Under the pieces are notes generated by a model that saw only the letters and a list, made by a program, of their open reading frames with translations, was not told where the DNA came from and did not search any database. DNA of 63,754 bases, counting the filler, from Craspedostauros australis (taxonomy: Eukaryota): NCBI GenBank assembly GCA_030167865.1. It is 9 parts of 9 records of this genome, joined end to end, with 100 filler letters (N's around TTAATTAATTAA, not from the genome) between each part and the next. Parts side by side here need not be neighbours in the genome. Positions count along the whole stretch, not along the records: positions 1 to 26,873 come from JALAGF010003707.1; 8 more parts are not named here. One strand, written 5' to 3'. The position numbers were made by a program, and so were the translations under genes. Within the stretch, counting starts at the first letter, position 1. Every line of letters begins with the position of its first letter. Shown here piece after piece: positions 10,961-23,403 of this stretch.

Positions 10961-13297
10961 CTACTGCCGCTGAACTTTGTTGGTCAACTCTTCCGGCAGG
11001 CACTTGTTCTGCATGAGACTCCTCATGTACACGATGGATTCTGTTCCCAGATCAATGGCATCCACGCCATTGATCGTCTTTCCCTTCAGCCGGTTGGGTG
11101 GCAGATGCTCGAACAGAACGCGCTCGTCCCGCGGTGATCCGTCCTCCCGCTGCTGCGTGCGTTCCACCATGTTCAGGATGTTCTCCACCGTCTCGAGGCT
11201 GTTCATTTTCATGAAGGGACAGGTCGCGCAGCCTCCGGATGTGGAACATCCTTCTCCGCCGCTGACGCCCGGCACGATGGTGAGGCCGTCGATGGCCTCC
11301 TGCTCATCGACCGACGTGACGGCCTCGGCAGCGACCGGGAATATTATCTCCACCTCGATGGCCGAGTTCGTCGCCGTCTCGCTGTCGAGTATGTCCTGCA
11401 CGTTCTTGACGATGGATGTGACCATGCCGGCCTCCGTGCCGAGGATGAATTTCAGTTTCTGCGGTGACGTCGTGGTCGGGGCCGATTCCGAGGCCGTCTT
11501 CACCTTGCGGGTGATGAAGTTGAGGATGTCGGCTGTGGAACCCACGACGCCCTTATCGTCAAGCGACTTTTCCATGGCAATTTCGAAGACATCGCCGGGC
11601 ACTTCGAGGTGCGCCGTCATGAAGCAGTCATTGTAATTGTCCCGCACGGTCTGCGCGACCTCCGCCCCGAACATGTGATGCACGATGCAATTACCTTCGG
11701 GGAATACGACGAGGTTGTCTCGCAGACGCTGCAGGGATTCGTTGTTGTGGCTGGCGTGGAGGTCGGACGCAATTTTGGCATCGTCCCAACCAGGATTTTG
11801 AATGACGGTGTCCAACAGCGTTTGCAGATTTAGGCCCATGTACGTGTCTGGGCCGTAGAGGATGCGGATGTCAGGCACCTGCACAGATGCCTGCAGGATG
11901 GTTTGCAGGACGTTGGAGGATGTGCATGTGATGGTGGGCACAGCGGAGGAGCTGATGGCCTTCGTTTCGAGGCTGGTGTTGATGTAGACGACGTGCAGGC
12001 AGGGTTGGTCCTTGTCGGACTCCGTTTGGAGCCATGCTTTGTAGGAGTCCCGCTCCGCCGATTCTGCGAGAGAGCACCCGATGGCCTGCGACGTCGCCCT
12101 GTAAACGGGGACGTGGCCGTAGCCGTTCTTCGACATGATGGCGGCGACGCTCTCTGACATGAAGTCGACCCCCAAGCAGGTGACAGACGTTGTCCCCGTC
12201 TTGCACATGTTTACGGCCATGTCGCCCATCTTGAGCGAGTCGGCGATGCCCACTCTGTCATTCAAATCTGGATGGGAGTGCTTGACGGCCTGCAGGATGC
12301 CCTGCAGTTCCACGTCCATGTAGTAGTGCGCTACGATGCCCATGTCCGTCCGCAGCATCGCATCTCGGATGGTGGCGACGGCGTCCGGGTCTGGATTGAG
12401 AAACTGCACCAGGGAGGCATTGCAGATGGAGATTGTGAAAAGAGGTAGCGAGATGGTGGAAGAAGAGGAACGTGATTGGTATTGTGCCATACGTGTACGT
12501 ACGTTGTTGAGAGAATGTCAGTTGGAGAACAATTGAGAGAACAAGTCGTAGGTACGATGGTACGTCACGCATGAAAATCAACCACAAAGTGACTACCCAA
12601 CGTGCACGAATGTCCGATGTGAAGATCTCGCAACATGACCAATAGTGATGATCAAATGAACAATGATCATCCACCAGCAGATCCGCTGCGACAAGCTTGC
12701 TCGTTATCACACTGCGGTTCCCATCGCACCTGAACGACTTGAAATGCACAGCTTGGCATATGACGGCGCTACCCCCTCAGACATCTGCCACAGAATAGAT
12801 AATGAAAGCGGTAGCTGAAAGGCATGGCAATAAACTGCACTACAGTGCGCTGCAATGATGATTGCACCGATGTTGTGTCTCACCTCTGCCTGTGCCTCTG
12901 CAAATTCGCCCTGGGCCGCAACAGATCGATTGGCACCGAGTATTATGGATGGGAACCCTTCGATGGACTGGCCGTATGGCGCCGTTGCAGCCACCGAGCT
13001 CTCGTATCGGTTGCCTCCTTGCATTGGTTTGGGTGTATGAATTGATCCCAACCTTGTTCTTGTCTCATCTCGTGCGGTTTGCATCGAAAGGGATGAGAAC
13101 GGGTTGGAGTATGTGGTGTTGCAGTTGAACGATGAAGCTGATCTTGACATGGGCGATGTTGGCATTTGTGCTGTTGTCGAAGCAGACAGCGATGGCAACA
13201 AACACGCCGCCCTGCTGATATGATGACGCTCCACTCTTGATGAGAGTGAGGCGGTTCTGGCCGATGGCCGAAGCAAGGAAGCAGCGTATCGGTTCAT
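10961..13297 (-). CDS. nadA: Quinolinate synthase (NadA), plant/algal type; exons 13297-12884 and 12403-10961
   Basis: VAHYYMD.E.QG, LGVDFMSE, GCSLAES, HVVYINTSLETKA, TCTSSNV, YGPDTYMG, CIVHHMF, AHLEVP, VGST, GTEAGM, CPFMKMNSL; three Fe-S cysteines; in-frame GT-AG intron 12883-12404. Confidence 0.95.
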
Positions 13298-14933
13298 GAT
13301 CTTGTATCAATGTCTTGAAATGCTGTATGGTATCCTTGTATTGCCCGTCGCTTGCTGCTGTACTTGCTGCTGTCCTTTCCTTTCCTTTCCTTGCCTGATT
13401 GGTTTGGTCTTTGATTAACTCTGGACCAAATCTAGATGCTTCAGTGTGGCAGAATGAGATGTGGCTTGTTTCCGATGCCTGCCTTGTGCAGAAAGGGTCT
13501 GTTGGGATGAATGAGTATCAGTATAATGCAATGCTTCAACGAATGTGTGGATGAAGAGGAGCGTTGCCTTCCTTCTTCGTTGTGCTTCGATGTGTCTCGT
13601 TGTATTTTGTTTCAACTTGACTTGTTCTTTGTCAGAGTCCGAGTATCGGCGTTGTTGATGATCGCTGATGTTCGGAGAAGGGTTTTTTGCCGATTCCTTC
13701 GTTGACCTCGTCTCTGGTTTGCCTCCGATCCTTTGGAGTGCCTGCACTCGCTTCTTCGCAACTATTATGTTGGAATAGTATCGTATTGTACAGTTTGTAT
13801 TGTTCTGGTCTACTGCTTCATCCAAGCACTCATCCAGTGTAGAGTAATAGTGTGTCTGTAAGAGAGTGTCGTGGACGGTATCGGTCAAGAGGACTTCAAC
13901 ACGCGAAGTCCAGATTTGCGCACCTCAGGTTGGCGTCGAGAATGCAAATGCAGATGCTGATGCTGATGTTGGAGCTGACGTTGGGGCTGAAGCTGAAGCT
14001 GTTGTCGTTGTTGCAGTTGATCCGTTTCTGCTCTCCTGTTGCGCCGTCCTGTCACTTGGTTGCATCTTCGTGCGTCGCGTACGACTACACTTCAGAAGAG
14101 CAACCAACCGCGACATCTTGCGCATTTTCCCTCCGTGGCCAACCACCAAACTCAAGGAAGAAGAACATCTTGACAGCATCCACTCACTCCGGTGATTTGC
14201 TTGGTTGTCATCTTGCTCACGTGAGTGTCGGTCTCAGGACAGACGATGTCATCTGTCGAATCCAGTCAGTCCTTCGTTCATCCGGTGCGAACTTCGTGTG
14301 ATCAATCGGTTTCGCCCGTCCGCCATCCGCTGGTTCGGTTTCGTCTTCGATTGGTTCGATTGCGTGACACGTCATGACATCAGTCATGATTGAAAACACG
14401 CTCGAGACGTTGGTCACACCACAAAACGTGCACAGAACACAACGTGGATGAAAAAGAGTTCAACCACCACCAAAGAAACGCAATCGTTCGCAGGCATCAT
14501 CCGCCTTTCGCGGCATCAACCTCTACAGCAACAACCACAACCACAACCACAACAGCAACAGTAAGAGGAACATCACCAGCACCTCTCCAGAGAGCGAGAG
14601 AGAGAGAGGGGAAGACGAAATTGCAGCAGCATCTGCAAGAGGACGCACGATTGATCATCTTCACAGCAACCCGTTTCATACCATCAGATCCTGGAACAGC
14701 AAGGAACGACGCAGATTGGAGAAAAGAAGATCACCAAGCGTCACGTCCCATCGTATCCGATTTCATTCTTTCCCTCTCCCTCCGCTTGCCTTTTCGTGCC
14801 GCATCGTGTGACACACAAGGAACAGGAGACGTTCTTCACACAAACATTGCTCAAGAGTGCAGATCTGCGTATTACTTCGAAAAGAGAGTTGAGTTGAGTT
14901 GAGTCGAGTACTCTATAGCAGATTACGAGCACA

Positions 14934-16682
14934 ATGACATCCCAAAAAGCTGACGAAAAGGCAACGGACGCCTCGCCGCCAGTTGAAGAAACAGCCAGGA
15001 CGTCCACTGCCACAACGTCCCTTCCCTTCAATGACAGCGACAATGATATCAAACCAGACGAACAGCAGCATCAAGAGCAGCAACAGCCAGACGAAATTGC
15101 CAAAGGCGACGACGATGAGGAGGAAGAGGCGCCAACATGCCAGCAACGATGCGCAACATTCTACGCCAACAATGAATTCTTGATCCTCGTCGTCATTGTC
15201 ATTTGCCTGGCGAGGGCCTATCCACCAATCGGTGCAGACTATCTGCAACCGAAGATCACATCCACGTGGATCGCGGTCGTCTTCATTTTCAGTGAGTTGT
15301 CTCATGGAAGTTGTCTTCCTTTTCGGCGTTCATGAGCGGTGCGAAGGCGAAGGAACTGTGGGTTTGCCTTGTTCACATCGTGGTACTGTTGTGTCCTTCC
15401 ATATGGCATATATAACGTATAATGCCATGCAGACGCAAAGGCTCTCGCACGTTCCCTGAATGACGATACTCTCTTCTCCTTCGTTCGGTTCCATTCTACT
15501 TGTAGAATTCCGTCCTCACATGCATGCATACCTCATTGCTCCTCTTCTCCCCTTCCCTTCATGTCACTTCAATACACTCCACACACAGTCCTGGCCGGGT
15601 TGGGATTGAAAACGGAAGAATTCTCGAAAGCGCTGCAACGGTTCAAATTTAATCTCTTCGTCCAATGCTTCAATCTAGGTGTCGTGTCATCCATCGTCTT
15701 TGGTATCAGCCGCGGATTGAAAGCCGGCAATCTCATTTCGGATGGACTTGCCGATGGCATGGTGGTCTGCGCCTCCTTGCCACTCACCATCAACATGGTC
15801 CTCGTCTTGACCAAATCTGCCGGAGGTGACGAAGCGTCCGCCATCTTCAATGCGGCGTTCGGCAACATGGTGGGTGCGCGGCTGGGAGCCTTGTGCTGTT
15901 GATGACGCGTTTCGCCATTTTCACTCAAATTCATTGTACCATGCAACGGCTCTACGGGTTGTTCTGCCATGTATCTCACACTTACATTCCATTCCTTCTC
16001 ATTCATCGCTCCCATTGTCCATGTCGTGCAGATCGGGGTCTTCATAAGCCCCGTCCTCATCCTTGGCTACCTTGGCGTCACTGGGGACGTGAAGTTGCTG
16101 GACATCTTCATCAAGCTCGCCCTGCGCGTCGTCCTGCCCGTCGCCATCGGCCAGATCCTACAAAAGACATCGCAAGGCGTCGTCGACTTTGTCAAAAAGC
16201 ACAAACCCAGATTCAAAAGGGCTCAGCAACTTGCCCTCGTCTTCATCGTGTACACCGTCTTTTGCCGCACCTTCGAGGATGACAACGACTCCAGCATCGG
16301 GGATATCTTCATCATGATCCTTGTCCAATTCTTGCAGCTGTGCTTGCTTATGTGGTTGGCATGGACGGCGTTGCGCATCGCCTTCCCCAACGAACCCACG
16401 TTGGTGGTGATGGGATTGTACGGATGCACGCACAAGACCGTTGCCATGGGAGTTCCGCTAATCAACGCCATTTACGAAGATGATCCCTTGGTGGGGCTGT
16501 ACACTCTGCCGCTGTTGATTTGGCATCCCATGCAACTGATCCTGGGTTCCTTTGCCGCACCGCGGTTGTACGCCTTTGTGCAAAGTGAAAAGGAAAGACT
16601 GGGGATCAAGGATGGTGACGACGACAATGACGAAGAGGCTGGGAATGCAACGGCCGATAGTAACCATACTGAGAATCAGTAG
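14934..16682 (+). CDS. Sodium/bile acid symporter family protein (SLC10A7-like); exons 14934-15291, 15589-15869, 16032-16682
   Basis: [64 protein letters not shown]; introns keep frame. Confidence 0.92.
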
Positions 16683-17005
16683 AGCAGATCAGAGTAATCA
16701 ATTGTTTTGCTATTTGGGTTGGATGGGACTGAATCGTTATCGACTTCGTTTGCGAGAGCGATTGAGATGTTTTTGCATGGATGGGTTCTGCTGTCTGTCG
16801 CGATCTGCTCGGACCACAACTTCATCCATTCCTTCACTTCTTTCAAACAGGTCCATTCTCAATGTGGACTGTGCCATTGCTTTGATTTTGGTTGTGCTCA
16901 TTCGTACTTTCAGATCAGCGCAGTGCAGTAAAACACGGTCGAGTATTCCTCTCCATGATCATCAGGCCTCGCCTTTCCGCAAGCACAAGTCACATGAACG
17001 CCTCG

Positions 17006-17683
17006 CTACTGCTGACCGACTTCCGCCTTGGCCTTCAAATCAGCAGCTTCCTTTTGTTTGGTCGTCAGGTGCTGTCGCAGAGTTCGAATTGTATTTTCCA
17101 GCTGTTCGTCATCGTTTGTAGTATGCCATCGTTTGTAGTATGCCATCGTGTGGATGCGTCATTGTGAGGCCCCCACGGTCGTGATTGAGAGAGAGGCAAG
17201 GGAGTTCATGCGTGAGTGAGTGGTTGTGTCATTTGACATGTGTCATCGAGCAATGATCAACTCCATCGTCGCGTACATCGTCATCAAGCAGACCATCAAT
17301 GCAATGCTCAGCACTATCTGTGGTCCATGGCTTCGTTGCTTCCAACTTCCTTCCTTCCTTCCTTTATGTAATACCACACTGAATGCACATCGTCAAGAAA
17401 TAGCAGCAGCAGCAGAAGAAGAGCATCAACACAATTGTCCACTCACGTTATCTTTGTTGGCCGTGACAGATGGAAGCACTTCGCCCACGCTGCGTTCCAC
17501 CAGAACTTCACCGACCAATCGGTAGGCTTTTCGGCCAGCATCCAGAGGTTTCAATGTATCCTCCACGAGCTGATGCTCGTTGCGATCGACCTCCAATTCC
17601 GCAATCTTGGTCATGAGGCGCTGGCATTCTTGCATCAGCTGGTTGTACTGCGCCGACTGCGGTCCTTGTGCTGTGGCTGCCAT
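17006..17683 (-). CDS. PFDN2: Prefoldin subunit 2; exons 17683-17447 and 17101-17006
   Basis: KIAELEVDRNEHQLVEDTL...RKAYRLVGEVLVERSVGEVLP; second exon LENTIRTLRQHLTTKQKEAADLKAK ends in TAG. Confidence 0.92.
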
Positions 17684-18394
17684 GTTTGAATTCGGTCTGT
17701 GGAAGAGTACTTCGTATGGTGGTATGGTGGTATGGCGGTATGGAGTATCCCTCACGAGAGACAGAGAGACACAGAGAGAGAAAGTTGAGAGGGAGAGAGT
17801 CTGGAGAGAGTTGAGGAGTGTTTGGAGGTTGCTGTTCAAGAACTTTGGGCTTCTCAGAGAGAGCTGCGAACAAACGGTGTGAGTATTGGTATGTTGTCCA
17901 AGTATTGTTGCAGTGGAGTACTTGTTGATGAGATGGGAGATGGATGCGATCAGCCAAAGAGTCGTGATGTGTGCCGTGATGTTGGTGGTGGTTGGCCTTT
18001 GGTGATTTCGTTGTGGTTTGGCTTGTTGGTGTGGTTTGTTGTGGCGATGAATGGGCAAAGTTAGTTCCTTTTATTACCTCCCTTGTAATTACACTACGGA
18101 TACCATACAATAACAAGGTGAAATAATAAGGAGTGGAAATAGGTGTAATTTGACATCTCATTTAGAAAGAACCTACAGAATAACACAAGACATCGTGACG
18201 AAGATTTCGCGCCAAAACGCACAAAGAAGAAGAGACAGAGGGAGAGACCGTTCGCATCCAACACTGACACAAATTCAGACATCGCTGCCTCTTCACAGAC
18301 ACTCGCTGAAGGAAGCAACGAATTGGGACATCAACCATCTCCGCAGACGCTGAGGATTTGAAGAGTGCAGTAGAATCATTCAAAGAGAAACTGT

Positions 18395-19845
18395 ATGATG
18401 CACGGTGCTATGGCTTCCGTCCTTCGGTTGGCTGCGTTCACTTTGCTGGCGTCAACCAGCGCTCTGCAGCTGTCACTCCCGCTATCAACAAGAACACTGC
18501 GCCCATCCGCAAGCGCTCCCCTCCGCGGCAGCGGCGGAGGTGAGAGTCGCAGCAGGCGTCTGGAAGGATATTGCATGCACTCATGGCACAATCTGAAACC
18601 AGACGATCGAAGACATTTGATGCGCGTTGCCAACAGCAATGCATCTGACGATGGTGATGGCAATGCCAATGACTCCATCGACAGCAGTGAAAACAGCGAT
18701 AACAGTGCCGACAGTGCAGACAACAGCAACGACGACAACGACGACGACGCCAGCGTGGAAGTACCTGAAACCGCCAACATCTCCGAATCTCAACAACAAG
18801 AACTGGCACAACCGCTGCAAGGATCCGTGACTTTGAAACGCCCGTACAAATTCGCATCAGCAGGATTCGGAGGTCTGGGCGCGCTCATGCTGCTCCATCC
18901 ATCTCGCTACGGCAGAGTCAAGCTCGCCAGCAAGCTCGGCGGCGCAGCGGGGTACGGTATCGCCGCAGGTATTTGCAACATCCTGTCCAAGGATTGCGGA
19001 CTCGACGATCAGATGAAGACGGACACCTTCCGGCGATTGAACCTGGGTACCTTGGGTTTCTGCGCCCTCGGCCTGGCTGCTATGCCCGCCGAATCCTCTT
19101 TTGCATCGAATTCCGTGTTGGCGGGTGCCATCGCGGCCGCCATGACGATAACTCGCTTGTTCGGACTCCATGTGACGATCCGCGGGTGGTTTGCAAGCCG
19201 GCAGCACAAGTCTGTCGTGGATGAACTCCTGCAGGGGATGGACTCCAACGTCAACGGACTCAAGGTCAAGCACAAGGTGCGGGCGCAGACCTACCGCAAT
19301 GCCCTCCTGCTGGTTCTCGTGGGGATGTTCTCCACGTTCCAGGAAGGTCTGCACAATCTCAGCAACCAGGACTACCTCCTCAAGACGGCCTTCGAGATCA
19401 GCCTTCAATTCTCAGGCGTGGCGCGATTGTTCCTAATTTCGAGCGTCATCTACTCCCTCAAGGCGGCGGCAGAACAAGACGACTTGGCTCAAACCAAATA
19501 CATCCAAATGAACTTCATGATCGCCATTTGGGCATTCCTGGGTGAGTTTGGCTGAGCTGATAACTTTCGTGTACGCAACTTGTTCGTGTGCGTGCCTGTT
19601 TCGCTTCAGCACTCTCATGCCCTCCGTGCTTCTCCTCTTTTTGTCTCTCCTCCATGCAACATCCGCACGTTCGCACTTATGCAATTTTAGTGGGAATATC
19701 GCAAAAGACGACCAGCTTCGAGATTATCTTGTTTGGACTGATGTTTGCCATCAAAGGATACAAGGGCAAACGTCAGAAGGATGGTACGTTGCACGTGATT
19801 GAAGACGCCAGCACCAGACTATGGAAGAAGCCAACCTCCGATTGA
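18395..19845 (+). CDS. Putative plastid-targeted multi-pass membrane protein of unknown function; exons 18395-19541 and 19691-19845
   Basis: Signal peptide (LAAFTLLASTSA-L), Ser/Arg-rich transit-like region, acidic linker, several TM helices, internal repeat TFRRLN / KYIQMN; intron keeps frame. Confidence 0.75.
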
Positions 19846-20425
19846 GACAACCGTCTGCTTTGCGAAGTGGAGTTGTGTCAATCATGACGCATGCAGATTG
19901 AAGTAATCAAAGCTATGGAATGAACGAGCGCTTGTGCCTCATCTTCATGAAGTCAACTCCATTCCTGCCTCCAAGCGAAACAAAGCTTGAGTACAGTTTT
20001 GGGCATGGCGAAGGAAGTGTTTTAACATTACATGGTACTTGGTCGTTCCGACTTGTTTGGTTTGATTGGTTTGACATCGTGATTAACTTTGCGATGTGGT
20101 GAGGAACAGTTGTCGTATGGCATTCAGCAGATTGGCAGTTTATTCCATCCCGAGTCCGTCAAAGGAACACGGAAATTCTTGTACTGCACATCCTGGTGCG
20201 CTCAGATTTGGTTTGGTGGCGGACGCAACAATTGGTGGATGTGACTCCATGCCCCTGGTTGCCGTCATTGTTGCGCAACTAATGAGCGTTGCATGCGCAT
20301 TCCCAAGATCGCATGCCTGCTTCCTGTTAGTACTCATAAGGAGCTTGGTTTTGGACATTCACGTTTGAAGACATATACAGAAATGATGTGGTATCCCAGA
20401 AGCCGAAGGCACCGCCTCTCGCTTG

Positions 20426-21830
20426 TTAACGTTTGTCGAGGCGGACCTCGAGGGCGCTTCCCTTCAGTTCTACCCCGTCCATGGTGGCGATCGCAGTCTC
20501 CGCATCCGACTTGTTGAAGAAGCGGACGATTCCGAAGGATGTGGCTGTGCGCTCGGAGTACTTGACATCGGCGCGGTCGACCCTTCCGCACTGGCCGAAG
20601 TGGTCCTTGAGATTGCGCCAGTCGGTGTCATCGGAGATGTTGCCGACATAGATCTGGCAGTCTTCTCCACCACCACCGCCACCGTATCCTCCACGATGAC
20701 CGCGTCGCCCTCCACGACCTCCGCCCTGGCCACGGCCTTGGGCTCGGTCCTCGCGCAGGTGCATCTCGCAGTTATCGACGATGGATCCCTCGAGCTCCTG
20801 GATCGCCCGGGATGCCTCGTGCGGTTTCTGGTAAACGACTGTGGCACAGCCTATCGACTTGCCGTCGGAGTCCTTGAGGATGGTGACCTGGTCGACATTT
20901 CCTGCCTTGCGCATGTGATCCTTCAGATCCTGCCACGTTGTTCCGTCGTCCAATCCCCAGACGTAGACGGAGGTGTTCTGCTGGTGGCCACCTCTGTTTG
21001 GGCCTCCGCCACCGCCGCCACCCCCGACACCAGCTGCTCCGGCCGTCTCCCTGTCTTCTCTGACGAAGATCATTCGGCCGTTGAGCTCTGTGTCGTTGAG
21101 GGTCTGGATGGCCTCCTTGGCACCTTCCTCCGTGAGGTACTCGACGATTCCGCATCCCTTCGATCTTCCACCGTGCTCGCAAATGATCTCGGCATGCACA
21201 ACCTCACCTGCCTGCCTCATGTGGTCCTTGAGGTCTTGCCACGCCACGGTCCAGGCGCAGTTACCTGTTGCGTCGAACGAGGGTCGGGGGGGGGATATAT
21301 ATTTGAGGAGAAGCGGTGTGAGGAGTCTGTGCAATTCAGGTTCCGCCGTTGACTGAGAGAAGCAAAAGCAGATTGGTCATCTCATGCACAATCGTCACAA
21401 AGTCACATCGCAGGCAGCAAAATGGGACACTCGTGATAATAAAGTACTCACCAACGTAAACGCGGCGGGATTGGGCTTTCTCGCCGGTAGCGAAACGGCT
21501 CGAACCTCCAGACTGCTGCTGACGTCCACCAGAGCGTCCGCCGGCAGGTCTGTTCTCGCCTTCGCGAAGGTAGATCTCACGGCCATTGAGTTCGGACTGG
21601 TTAAGGGTCTCGATGGCGGCCTGGGCACCTTCTGCCGTGACGAACTCAACGACACCGCATCCCTTGGATCGGCCGTTGTTGGACATGAGGATGTCCACAC
21701 GGGCGACGTCATGACCAGATGTCTTCATGTGATCCTTGAGGTCTTGCCAGCTGGTTTGGTATGACAGGTTTCCGACAAAGACGCTCTTGTTCTCGCCGTC
21801 AGGCTGCTGCTCGTCAGATGGTGCGCTCAT
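20426..21830 (-). CDS. Gbp2/Hrb1-like RNA-binding protein with four RRMs; exons 21830-21452 and 21264-20426
   Basis: Four RRMs with (S/A/T)WQDLKDHM or DWRNLKDHF, GRSKGCG.VE RNP1 motifs and RGG linkers; junction VYVG|NCAW is in frame. Confidence 0.9.
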
Positions 21831-23403
21831 GATGGCTTCTGCTGTTCTTGTCGCTTCTGTGGTTGATGCTCGATCTGCTTCTCCTTTCAGCACACAGTAG
21901 TGGTGACCTTGTGATAGATTATCCCGTTTCGCTTTCGAATGCACTTACTTGTTCGAGCAGCACAAATGATAACGATGATGGCGATGACGAAACAAGTGAA
22001 AGCTTGTTTGATTGTGTGCAACTGCGTTGAATACTCTTGGTTCTGTTTGTGACGTGAAAGATGCAACGTGCGACGGTAGATAGTTTGCCGGATGTGTCCA
22101 TCAGATCATCCACAGCATCGATTGGTGTGATACGTAGAACAGTTGATCGGCATTGCATCGTTTCATCGAGCGTATCGTTCACAATCCAATCCAATCCAAT
22201 CCAATCCAATCCATCATCCGATTGTGTGGTAAGGTTCAATACGGGTGTGGTACGTTGATGCACATTCGCGATCCCGTGGTCCCCGTGGAGACATCAGATT
22301 GGAAAGAATGAGATGCATGCCATGAGATGTGTGTGGTACAAAGGCGGTTAGTTACCACAAAGTGACACAAGATGAAAAGTGTGAGATGATGGGAGGAGCT
22401 GATGATGAATGAAGCTGCGTGTAGTCAAGCGACGGTGTGCTCCTGCTGCACAACACGCGGCCAGCAAGCCGTTTGCCGATGTGCTTCACGATTGCTGATT
22501 GCGTCGTCGGCACGCAGCGGCAGGGGCGATTGAATGATGGAATGGATCGAGACCGGCAAAGACAGCCAGCGAGGCAGACAGGCTGGTGCTTCATGTCACA
22601 AATTTGCAAATTCGATCACGCGCGAGGTGCCCCGACATCATCGCCCTCCCAATCGCCCGCCGCTTCTCATCGTTGTTCGATTACGTCACTGCCGCCACTG
22701 CTTCAACCTTCGACTCTGCCTCTGCAACCCACATGCTCAACGTAACGCGTCCTGTCCCACCCGTTCCGTTCCTTCGGTTCATTCGCACCATGGTCGACAT
22801 ACCGTTCACAATCCGCACCTCAACGACTGCACTTTCGGTCTATGATGGACGCAATATTGTTTTTCTGTGGTCTTGTACCAAACATGGCGCTGGCAATGAT
22901 GGCTGGCGATAACGAGAAGAACGCGGATGATGGCGCCTTCAACTCTCCGCCCCTGCTTTCACGACTCTCTTCTCTTCGCTCTTGCGCCGTCGCGCCGCTT
23001 CGCCTGTCCTTTTTGGTCTTGTTTTCAACCCTCGTGGTTCGCACACTATCGACTTTTGTATGTGTCGATTTGGCGATAAAAGTAAATGGAGCTGTCTCTG
23101 ATGGACAATTGTGTTAGTCGCGGGAGTCCATCGAATTCCCGATTCCAAGAGGTTCGGGGAGGTTCTTCATTTTACGCATAAAATGGGAATGGGTGTTGCG
23201 GTCGAAAGCACAAATGATCACAAAACCAAAGAATGTCACCACAATCACACAAAAAAACGAAGATCGAGGAGACCAACTCCAAACACGAGAGCGGCAGAGA
23301 GAGACGCAATCATCAACAACAGTGTCAAGCTCCACTGAGCACAGGCACACAAACATAAAATACCATACGAGCTGCCACATCCAACACAGCAACGACAACA
23401 ACG

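Noticed and set aside
13415..14902. ORFs between nadA and the symporter
   Set aside because: Low complexity and no recognisable domain; probably UTR or promoter DNA.
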